A stretch of DNA of 64,000 bases from Spizellomyces punctatus DAOM BR117 (taxonomy: Eukaryota). A program made the position numbers and the translations under genes. A model generated the notes under the pieces. The model saw only the letters and a program-made list of their open reading frames with translations, was not told the DNA's origin and did not search any database. Numbering within the stretch: position 1 is the stretch's first letter; every line of letters begins with the position of its first letter. Location: the NCBI GenBank assembly GCA_000182565.2, contig KQ257454.1. The stretch is one strand, 5' to 3'. Below are positions 53,956 to 64,000 of the stretch, one piece after another.

Positions 53956-55020
53956 CTATGCAAATCCCGTTTCCTTCATTTTCCTTCTAACCAGGTCTTC
54001 GGTAGTCTGTATCTGGTCTTCCAAAGACATGTTTGAACTGTCCACCACAACAGCGTCATCGGCCTTCAATAGAGGTCCTACTTCACGGGTCCGATCCGAC
54101 AAATCTCTAGCCTCAATTTCCTTTAGCACTGTTTCCAGATCTGGAAGATCACCCTTGGATTGCTTTCTCTGGAGTTCCTCCAACCGCCGCTTAGCTCTAA
54201 CAAGTGGATCTGCTTCAAAAAAGATTTTGAGATGGGCTTGTTTAAGGACGTTGGTGCCAATGTCTCGGCCGTCCATTACGACGCCGCTGGGGACTTGTGA
54301 CTCGGGCGACACGTCTTTTGGGGCCAATTCAGCACAAAGGTCACCGAGTTCTTTTATCTGGTCCTTGAGACTTTGAACCTGTGCGAAATCTCCTTCGGAA
54401 GTTGCCGTAAATAGGGCCTTCTCAAGCTCGATCTTTTCCTGGAGGAACATTGCGTACTCGGAATCAGCACTCGCCTCCTCGGGTGGGGGCTGCCCTTCCT
54501 TTCCTTCAGCAATAGCTCGCTGTTTGGAGCACAGAACCTCTCGTACTGAGGGTAAAGCTGCTATAGGGGCTACGGCGCGCGTGATCATTGGCAATCGGAT
54601 CTCATCCGTCACATCGACCCCGTCCAAGTACACGTGCGTTATAGCTGTTCTGGCGTTATCCAGCTGATCAACGGGAAGTTGGGGTGTACGAAAAGCAAAA
54701 TTGGTTTGAGAGGCCATATTTGTGATGGTTTGAGCGTCTTTCGTAGGGTCCAGATTCCACGCCATAGCTTTGAGTGTCAAGCCTCGATACATTGCCCCAG
54801 AGTCGATATATGTGAAGCCTAGACGCGACGCCACTGCACGGGCGGTCGTGCTTTTCCCGGACGCTGCTGGGCCATCTATGGCCACTTGGAAGCTCTTAAT
54901 TGATGTGGAATAGTATTGGACTCTGGCGACAGGGAACAGGTTGGCGTTGAAGAGCGGAGATCGGAACCCTAGCACGGAGAGTCTGGGCTTAGGAAGCCAG
55001 TTTGCATAAACATGAAGCAT
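53956..55020 (-). CDS. cmk: Bacterial-type cytidylate kinase with an N-terminal targeting-like leader and an internal insertion, intronless
   Basis: VAIDGPAASGKST, YIDSGAMYR, LDGVDVTDEIR, VR..L...QR, VVMDGRDIGTNV, KIFFEA...RAKRR, RDLSDRTR..PL..A.DA..VDSS. Confidence 0.9.
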   Translation of the reverse strand: MLHVYANWLPKPRLSVLGFRSPLFNANLFPVARVQYYSTSIKSFQVAIDGPAASGKSTTARAVASRLGFTYIDSGAMYRGLTLKAMAWNLDPTKDAQTITNMASQTNFAFRTPQLPVDQLDNARTAITHVYLDGVDVTDEIRLPMITRAVAPIAALPSVREVLCSKQRAIAEGKEGQPPPEEASADSEYAMFLQEKIELEKALFTATSEGDFAQVQSLKDQIKELGDLCAELAPKDVSPESQVPSGVVMDGRDIGTNVLKQAHLKIFFEADPLVRAKRRLEELQRKQSKGDLPDLETVLKEIEARDLSDRTREVGPLLKADDAVVVDSSNMSLEDQIQTTEDLVRRKMKETGFA

Positions 55021-55284
55021 AAACAGAGAAAGATGATAAGATGTGAAAACGTTATAAAGGCTCTAAAGAAGATGAAAAGATGCTCCTTACCTGCAACATG
55101 TTTCAGAGAAGGAGGGAGGATGGCGATGAATGATCTCAAAGGCGACTCGTGCAGCAATGTCCAAATAAATCGATGATCGGCTTAGTAAGCAATGAGTCAG
55201 CAATTTTGTGACTTGAGGTGCCGACACTGGGTCTTGTTTGAATTGTTGGGTCTTCCTGTGCGATCACCGTAGCGACGGAAGAGA

Positions 55285-57707
55285 ATGACATACCTGGCCA
55301 AATTAGCGACCGCTCTCACTGCCAAGCGGCTGCTGGATCATGTCACCGTCACATTACCTCACCCACCGCCTGTCGCAGAACAGCTTACTACCATTCTCTT
55401 GGGAGCACACTGTTGTCCTCGGTGTGTGCTGAGGTTTTTGGGTGTGAGGGATAGGAACGTCCACGCAAACCTATTAGCGTTAACAAGAGAATGGAGTGGA
55501 CTGCCTTTTGGCGGGCAGCACGTGAATGGAGAGACCCAGGCAGAGGAGGTTGGAGTGGAGGGGGAGGCGGAGTCGGAAGACGGCGTGGAAGCAAAGAGAC
55601 TGAAGCTAGAGATAGAAGACGGAAAAACTGTTGGTGGTTCGTGTCTTCCTGCTCTATGAGACGTTTTAGAAGAGTGTTACATATTGAAAAGCTGCTACAT
55701 CTAGTCCCTAACCCAACATCACCCGCAAATCCTGTGATGCAAACCGCACTACCAATGCCCTCCAATGATTCAGCACCCCAACGGACCTGTTCTGCGTGTC
55801 TAGGACTTTTACAGTGCGACCACCACGACCTTGCTGGAAAGGCCTTTAAGCTCTTTCAAAGCGAAGGGTACTCGCTCGGCTCCAATAACAAAACCTTTCT
55901 CTTGAGCATGCGATTACCTCCGCAGCTTGCAATTCGTCAGAGATCGTTTGTACTGCTGGTGGAAAAAGAGATGGGGTAGGTTCCTTGTGCATTTCGGGGA
56001 TGTAGAGGCTGAGGCTTATGCCAATTTCGAAGGGCGGACATGATTGATGGTTCCGTCTCAGTTGAGGTCAAAGAGATATTGAAGTATTTAATATCGGATG
56101 CGTTTGCTGAGACGTCCAGTATAACGTACGATCCAGAGGTACTTCTTATGATGTCCCCAACAATAATGTACGAGCTTGTAGGCGAGATTATAACGATCTT
56201 TCTAGAGCCCGTTCTCGTTGACTGTGCATTATGATCACCCGCAAACAAAGAAGGAATATGAATTCATGACCAAAATTCCAGAAGCTGACTTCAAAATTAA
56301 GACGTCACGTCAAAAGGTGAGTAATGGGTAGATGCGGTGCGCTCAGGGTCATTCTTGCTTCTTCTATTTGAGCTCACCGTTTCTGGGATGCCCCTCTCAC
56401 AAAGGGGCAAATTCTTGTTCATGGCACCTCTTTTGAAAAGATCGCGAAATCGGTTGATAAACTCTCGTATACACATTTTGCAGAGTAAGCAATGGAGTGG
56501 TGATGCGTGAATCAATCTTAGTGCATGTGAAACGATGCATTGGACTTACCGTGATTTTCAAAGTGCGGCGATGTGTCCTCCGCCAATAGTGACAAAGCCT
56601 CCTCGATTGGTTGAGCTAGGACTGCAGCATGCTCCCATCTACGTCGCAGGTAGGCATTTTGATGTAATCAGTAACATGATACGTGTGCTAACTTGACTGC
56701 TGTGGAGGTCGCTACCTGAAGCTTCAGCGTCACATTAGCAACTCTCCATGGGAAATTGGCGGCAAGCGAATGACCGAGCATTCTGTGGAGGAACTGATTG
56801 CGAACAAAGTGGACGCATTTTTCCGTAATGATGGTACAAATGCGGTAAATGTGAGCAACATATGCCTGTAAGCTGATCGCACCCTTATGTAGGACACAAA
56901 TTCTATTCTTCTGGGCGGGAGGATGCCGATGTGCTCATGCTTGGACGGGGCCGACCATACTATCTGGAGTTGGTCAATCCCCGACGCGTGGAGGCATCTG
57001 AGACCGAATTGAAGGCATTGCAGGACACGATCAATAAAGAAGCGAACGGGATGGTACTGTCAAGGGATATGCAAATTGTGCCGAGGTATGCGAAGAGGTC
57101 GATTAGAGCATTTGAATGCATCCACACTAACGGTTCTCAACAGAGAGGAGACTAAAATCTTAAAAGATGCCGCTAATACAAAGTCAAAGAGTTACTCGTA
57201 AGTAATACATGGACACAGTGTTGGGCAAATGTGCAATTGCTAAGGCCGATATAACGATCAGAACGCTTGTGAAGCTGGCTTCACCGGTGACGGCCGAAGC
57301 TTTGGATAAAGTATCCAAAATAAGGGACCTTGCTATCAAGCAGCAAAATCCGACTCGAGTACCACGGTAATTTCATGAGGCGGGCGTGTTTTCTGCAAAC
57401 ACTGATTAACCTCAGCCGCTACTCTCGTAGCCGAGCGGACCTAATGCGAGATAAGGTCATCGAATCCCTTCGGGTGTACCCAGCTGCCCCAACAACTGTT
57501 TCACCGACCGATGAAGTCCGTGTCGACTTGCGCACGAGCGCCGGAACGTATGTTAAAGAGTTTGTTCATGGGGATAATGGACGTACGAATCCGAATTTGG
57601 CCAGCTTGCTTGGTGTAGAGTGGGCCAAGGTTTTGGAGTTGGATGTGCTGGAGGTACACTTGGATTGGCCCAAACAGATCGATTCGGAGATAGCACCGTT
57701 GATATAG
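55285..57707 (+). CDS. PUS10: tRNA pseudouridine synthase Pus10, multi-exon
   Basis: CCPRCVLRF and CSACLG zinc site, YVAGRYLKLQR.ISNSPW, SSGREDADVLMLGRGRP, QQNPTRV, TSAGTYVKEFVHGDNGRT. Confidence 0.93.
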
Positions 57708-57832
57708 ACAGGCAGAACACAAATGTGTAGATTTTCATGTATTTAATAGCGCGGTTGTAGCAATATCTACCTTCATATAAAAATGCATTTCATCTAGAAC
57801 GGCAAACCAAACAAAAACCCGATCCCGACAGT

Positions 57833-58603
57833 TCATCCTAAAAGATTTGATTTTCCAACTGCATACCCAACGGCAGCGGCCGCAGCAGCGAAGCCAACCA
57901 GCCATCCCACTACCTTGTTGTCAATCAACGAAAGGCCCCGACGCGCTACAGTACCATGCGTGAATTCCGCCCCATCTCGTACATAATATCTTGCAAACAA
58001 GTCGTTTTGAATCCACAACAGCTTTGATAATGCTGCCAACGTCTTTGCCCTTCCCTCCGGATCTGCCTGCAAGGCCGGGTGTGCATCCAGGGTCTCGATC
58101 AAGAACCCATGTAGCCAGGCAAACAGAGCATTGACGTGAATGTATTCAACGTTGATTTTTGACTTTTTCGACGGCGTATCAGTATGAATCTTGCCCACCC
58201 AATCCAAGTACGTCACGAAAGCCTTGTCGTACGACCCAGTCACCAGTTTTACGAGATATTTTCCCAAAAAGTCTTTTCTGAATTTGATTTGCTCCGAATC
58301 CAAGACAAGATGATCCAAGTCGCTGGCGAGCTGACCCTCAAACCCCTGATTCCGCTGCAAAAAGACGCCCTTGGTAATGTCAAACGAAAAGAGACGCTCG
58401 TAAACCTTATCCACAATCGTTGGGACAAGAGGAGCGACAAGGGGAGCGGCTGCCTTGAGAGCAGCGATATCGGTTTCGTTAAAGTTTGCAAATTCCGAGA
58501 CGTACGTGAAGCGGTAGTACGTGTCAGTGTAAAGACGCGGTCTGTCAATGTGTTTGGGAGCCGCGGGCGTAGGAGTTGTTGAAGTCGGATTAAGAGGAGC
58601 CAT
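57833..58603 (-). CDS. Protoglobin/sensor-type single-domain globin with a C-terminal hydrophobic tail, intronless
   Basis: RFTYVSEFANF, LVPTIVDKVYERLFSFDIT, IKFRKDFL, YLDWVGKIHT, INVEYIHVN, KLLWIQNDLFARYY. Confidence 0.85.
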   Translation of the reverse strand: MAPLNPTSTTPTPAAPKHIDRPRLYTDTYYRFTYVSEFANFNETDIAALKAAAPLVAPLVPTIVDKVYERLFSFDITKGVFLQRNQGFEGQLASDLDHLVLDSEQIKFRKDFLGKYLVKLVTGSYDKAFVTYLDWVGKIHTDTPSKKSKINVEYIHVNALFAWLHGFLIETLDAHPALQADPEGRAKTLAALSKLLWIQNDLFARYYVRDGAEFTHGTVARRGLSLIDNKVVGWLVGFAAAAAAVGYAVGKSNLLG

Positions 58604-59163
58604 GTTTTGCGATTATTCGTCAGAAGGGGATGGTGATAATCAGCACGAGTGTGAGTGAAGAATGCAAAAGTTGGAGGTTGGGGGGGACGGAGAGGAAAGC
58701 TCGCCCTTTATATATGTGGCAAAACCCGCCTTGAAAATGATGCGATGCGTCAAAAGCGACGGATTGAAACTCCGATTGCGTCGCCCATGGGAGTCATCGA
58801 CTCTCATGGTTACCAGGAATGAGTCACACTCTACGCCAACCCAGGTTACTGGAAATTCTAAATATGGAAAATAAACAAGCTGCGTTGTTGCAAGGACGGG
58901 ATTATCGGATAACATCGGGTGGGAGTGTTATTGTGTGTGTGTGCAAAAAAAGGAGGTGTGCTAAATGGGTCAAAGGAGGAGAACAGGAGGCCGCATAGAC
59001 AAACGGAGCGCGCGCCGAGAATTTATGGCACACTATTCACGTCTTTCAAAGGGGGGACATTTCAACTAAAACTGTTTAATAAATCCTGCATGGACTCGTA
59101 AAAGGCAAAAACTTGCCAGCATGGGCTGGTGTTCAGTTCAACAACGAGCCATAGCACGCTGTA

Positions 59164-62100
59164 TCACATTAATCCCCGTACAAGTAATCCCTCCACCCTC
59201 TTAGCCAGGACTTGAATAATTCCTCTGCGCTCATACTCCCCCTCTTCAAATTCCTTTATGCGCTTCTTGACAAGATCAATTTGCTCTAGCACGGAACGGC
59301 AGTCCTTACCTTGCGCCGTCGCACTGTCAGCTTCCTGTTGGAGGCCTGTGAGCAAAATGTGGTTTTGAGCGTGCTGAGCCTGGAGGTGACTGTAGTATTG
59401 CAATTGGGATTCGATAAGCGTAATTTCCGATGGCTGCTGTTGGATGGATGGGTGGGGAGCGCTTGGTCTGGTGGTTTCGGACTGTGCGGGTGGAATGCTC
59501 GCACTGTTTGCTGGACGCGATGATAGCAATTGTTCGGATGGCGTGGTAGCACGCCTTTCGCATGAAAGTGCATGTATCGGTGCGAGTGACCCACTCGTTG
59601 GTATTGCGCGAAGCGATGATTGTGACTGGTGCGGTATGGGTGACTGCGGCGATATCGGTGGAAGATGCATCGACGATGTGAGTTTCGGGACGTGCTCGCT
59701 TGTGCTTATAGTCGAATCGCCGACTGCATCACTTCCTACTTGCGCTTCTGGTACTAGGAGTGTCGCGAAGGTAATGGCACTACCGTTACTGACTGCAGTC
59801 GCTATAAAAGGGTCTTCAAGCAAAAACCCAGGCTTTCTCGGTGGCGGTCTCGGACGCCGTGGAATGGGAGGTTTGGGGATCGGCGGGACAGCTACAGGCA
59901 GGTTTTCAGAATTTTGTTTCTTGGGCGGTACCACGGCGGACGGAGCAGGCGTTGTGCTCCGCAACCGCTCCGGGTATAATTGAATCGGTTGTGCTGGTGG
60001 AATAGGTCTTTACGTGCGGGAGAAAAACATTGTAGAAACATTGCATGTAACTTCAAATGCAGAGCGCATATAAGTGATTACCTGCTTTGTGGTCCAGGAA
60101 TAGTGAAAAATGCCTCTTTATCGAGTTCCCGGAAAAGTTCCTTACGATGGACCGCTACTCGTAGAACCTATCAATGGTTTGCCGACGACAGTGCAAAGAA
60201 AGAAATCACTCACTCTCCGACAGTGGTCTGTGGTCCCTTGACGCCAGCACCTTAGCCCGCCATTTGAAAGCAAATTTTTGCACCTTGCGCAATGACTCCA
60301 CGGCTGTTGCAGCTTGATCGTTCAAGGCATTTTCGGTTTGCGTCGTGCGTATTGCCTCCGCGACCTATAGTCATAGGCCTGAATATTTCCATGTTTGTCT
60401 ATCATGATGAAGACAGCAAGCCAACCTTGAGCCACTGCACAGCAACTCTCCGCATCGTCCTCTCCCTCTTCCATCCCATGGCATCCTTGATCCTCTCGTT
60501 CAGCTCTCGCTTGGTTCGCACGTACTCTATCCATGCATGGAAGGTCTTGCGCGTTATTCCCATGCCCCAGAAAATGATGGGTTGGCGAACATTTGATTCG
60601 TAAATCGCAGCCCAGTCTGGACGTGAAGAATACCAACATTGAAAGTACCGACTCAATAGCTTACGGTGCTGGAACGCAGTCGACTTTTTCAGGGATTTCT
60701 GGGTGTGATTATGGCATTGGTTCAATGGAAATGTATATCTCCTGATGGAAACGGTAACATCATACCTTGGTCCAGCGCTGATGAGCACAAAGTCCCTTCC
60801 AAGCATACAGTGCCTTGCCCACCAGGGAACGTTCATGAAATCGTGCAGCTTCGACTTCGAGAGCTCTCTTGTATCTTTCAATGCGAAAACGGAAGATCCA
60901 CTTTCTCATAGCACATTGCAATTTCACTAAACGTTTCACCGGCTTGTAAAAAATTTCCAAACCATCTGGCACGATGAGATCCTTACCACGCGATAATGCG
61001 GCATGTGCTTCGCCGAGAACCTTTTGTTTAAATGCTCTCTCTTCTGAGCGCACATCGGCATACTCTTTCCAACCATGAATAATCTGTCATCACTTGTCAA
61101 ACAGAAGGCCGACAGTTACCATAGCACAAACCAAAATTCTTTACCTTACGACATAACCGTTGTTCCCATTTTTGCAACGCATGAGCCAGTTCCAAACGAT
61201 TTTGGCGCGATTCAATCATTCTCTCACGCCATGTTCGCATAGAGTGTAGGAGAAGCCTATAAGCCCGCCGATCCGCAAAGTTTGAATATACAGCATGAAA
61301 GGCAGAGCGTGCATCCACGGCTGACTGTTTGATAATCTATGAGATTCATATAGTCGGTAGATTTGATTTAATTCTCACCTTCCACGCGAAAATATATTGT
61401 CGTTGAGTCTGCCGGTCTGCATGCGCGACGGCCATTCGCCATTTTACTCGATCTTGGTGTACCTCCTCCAGCTTCTATAAACGAAAATAACAAAGATGAT
61501 GCTTGAATACGAAAAAAAAAACTCGCGGTAGAACGTGATTTCCATACCTTACGCCATATTTTCCATACCAGCCTCATCACATTCAGATACCGATGCCGAA
61601 CGGCCTGCCGCCATCTTGACATTTTATGACTGGATTCATCTGCATACACCCACCAAGCATTTATCACTTTACGAGCCACGGCAGAATTCCGATGATATAT
61701 GGCTAGCGCCTACAAAAGCAACGAGGTTACGGAGTCTAGCGCACAATACACACAGTTGCTAGGAAGCCCTACCTGCTTATTTCGGGCGTCAATTTGCGAC
61801 CTCGCGTGCCGCCGGAGAACGTTCAGCGCATTTCTCATACACAATGTATCGTGGAAGGTCGCGAGCTGCATGCAGCGGTTTTTGTTTGTCACTTATTTTT
61901 GAACTGATACGTAACTCATGCCATGCTAACCTTTTTTGTAAGGATATGTTCACTTTGACGTTCAGTGAGAGCGGTAGTCCACGTAACCCAAAATCGTCGT
62001 AGTAGAGTACAGCTGTAATGCTGCGCTGCTGCATCACGTTGACGCTTTTTCAAAGAAGCTACAATAGCATGGTTTTGAAGCGTTCGAATGGCGTGCCGCA

Positions 62101-63971
62101 ATAGTTGTCGATCACGAAAGTCTTCGGCTTTATGGTATCGCTCCTAAACAGCGCTGTAAGCCTTTATTGCCGTTCACGGATCCGTCTGCCCACCACACCT
62201 TTTCAACCCGCCTCTCATTAACGAAGGCTTTCCATTCTGCAAAGGTCAGCCGTTTCAAACGCCACCGAAAGTGTTCGACACCCGCTTTAACCTCTTCAAG
62301 TTCGCGTAGCCGCACATGGGCTGCGTTTAATGTGCGCCAACGATGCCACGCACTTCGCAATACCTATTGTGACGCAGGTTAATGGACAATGTCCAAGGCA
62401 TCAAGTCCGTCTATTTCAACGGCCCAGCTACCCACACAACACCTTACGGCAATACTGCATGTCTGCACCCTCACTCAGTCGCGGTAGAGCTTTCAAACAT
62501 CTGAGGCTTCGACGCTAGGTGGATCGGGAATTTCTGTCACAACAGACAGTAGACAAGAATGCGACGGCATTTCGGCATACCTTTAGCAGGGAATCATAGA
62601 ACTTTTGCGCCTTTTGCATCGAGAGACGCTGTTCTGCCGCCACCGATTGGTCTGCAAATACACCACATGCCTGTTAGAAGGCCCACGTACGAACTCACGG
62701 CCCCCTTTGACTGCCTACATGTCTGCCAGCCATGGAAGATAACTCGCAGCATTTTTTCTCGATGGTGGTGCCGAGCAACGTTTTCCAATTCGACCATAGC
62801 AAGTCTATGGTAATACTTTAGGTGCCAGAGATGCAGTGCGGATCGCGCCAGGTGGCGGTTGCTGAAGACTATTGCTCGTTCTGTGCACACAAGAATCAAT
62901 GAGATGTGTTTCTGTACGCTGTCCAGTTGAACGACACGCACCAATTTCACTTTTTCGCATATCCTTCATCTCGATGGCGCTGATCCACCGCTGCATGACG
63001 ACGCGTAACAGTGTTCGTTGATTGAACTTCAGGGCGAACGCTGCCCTTCGCGCGGTTTCTCGTCTTGTTGCATAAAGTCTAATCCATTTGCTCATCCATT
63101 TTCGAGTAACATTCAACTTCCAAAGAACGTCCGCCGATTGCATTGTGGCCTTTTTCTGATTGTTGATGTTGTGTTTTTGACGCCAATCCTTCCAAGCCTG
63201 CTCCATCTTCTTGTTCGCGTAATGCTTCGTTGCATCCGAATAGCGCAAGCTTAGCGCATGTTGTAGTTCTCGCTGTTGTCGCCACGTACGAAGCGCCTGG
63301 CGCAGCCGAAGGTGGTGACCTGTGGAATAGATACTCGTTAGACGGCAGTTTAAGCCGCAGATCATGACGAATGTAGCAGTAGGTTGCCCACCAAGAATCG
63401 CAGCTTGATCTTTGACAGTGCGATCACCAGTGCGGGTTCTTATGTACGACCTCCAACCCCGCCAAGCTCGCAAACTCAGGATATATTTCCAGTGAACATC
63501 AGCTTTAACATGATTTCTCCAATCAATGCGTGCCCTCGCAAATGCTTGCCGCCACCGCCGCAAGGTGGACATCAGTAGAGTGTGGATATAATGACTTTCT
63601 GCAAGCTTGCGGTTGCGTCTCCTTCTCACTAGCATTTTCCACTGTTTGACGGAGCGCACCGCGAGAGCAAGATCGCGCTCATTCAACATTAGGCCTTCAC
63701 TTGTCAATTGTTCCAACGGTATCTGTGCAGGGTCGCGATGGGATGCAACTGGGAGTCGTGAGGCAGTCTTTGACACGCCCTTCGGACGCTCGTTCGCACG
63801 AAATTTCGTTCCTTTCTCGTCTGCATGCCCATCACGAGTAATAGTGGTTTGAGTCCAGAGGTTGCGTCCCGTCAAACCTTTGTTAAGCAGGCGACCCAGT
63901 CCCAAGTGATGCCCAGCTGTGCCGACGGTGTTGCCTTTGAGTTCGTGGCCGCTGTGGGCCATCATAGTCAT
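59164..63971 (-). CDS. SFI1: Sfi1-like centrin-binding repeat protein, multi-exon; may extend beyond the window
   Basis: Dozens of A-x7-LL-x3-(F/W)-x2-W repeats across exons; Pro-rich region (RPRPPPRKP) and a C-terminal coiled coil. Confidence 0.85.
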
Positions 63972-64000
63972 CCAAATTGCCTTGAAAAAGCGTCCAGGAA

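Noticed and set aside
53956-55020. Bacterial contamination explaining cmk
   Set aside because: It is flanked closely by intron-containing TOE1 and PUS10, with a eukaryote-style leader and no operon context

Overview
Eukaryotic, intron-rich, very gene-dense fungal DNA. It is most likely from a zoosporic or early-diverging fungus (chytrid-like), inferred from short GT-AG introns, an Sfi1 centrin-binding protein, and genes shared with animals that are usually missing in yeasts (TOE1, PUS10, cN-III, a SIVA-like gene). About 35 protein-coding genes can be supported, mostly housekeeping: ESA1, ATG18, tropomyosin, VMA8, SmE, SPC25, TRM61, EMC4, UMP1, LysRS, VAM7, RNPS1, TOE1, PUS10, SFI1 and others. 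They are arranged largely as tight head-to-head pairs, several with a GTCAC(A/G)TGA(C) motif in the promoter. Three gene-poor islands (about 0.4-3.8 kb, 28-32 kb and 35.7-44.6 kb) hold small secreted-protein genes, decayed ORFs and a frameshifted Crinkler-type P-loop NTPase. The most notable items are: a 3-exon SIVA1-like zinc-finger gene missed by the ORF track; an intronless bacterial-type cytidylate kinase with a likely mitochondrial leader and a 74-aa UVR-like insertion; a HAD + 2H 'Swiss army knife' RNA end-healing enzyme paired with a divergent CDK; a tail-anchored protoglobin; and a candidate structured RNA at about 36.25-36.46 kb. No tRNA, rRNA or CRISPR was recognised. All exon models were assembled by eye, and family calls rest on remembered motifs, not database searches.
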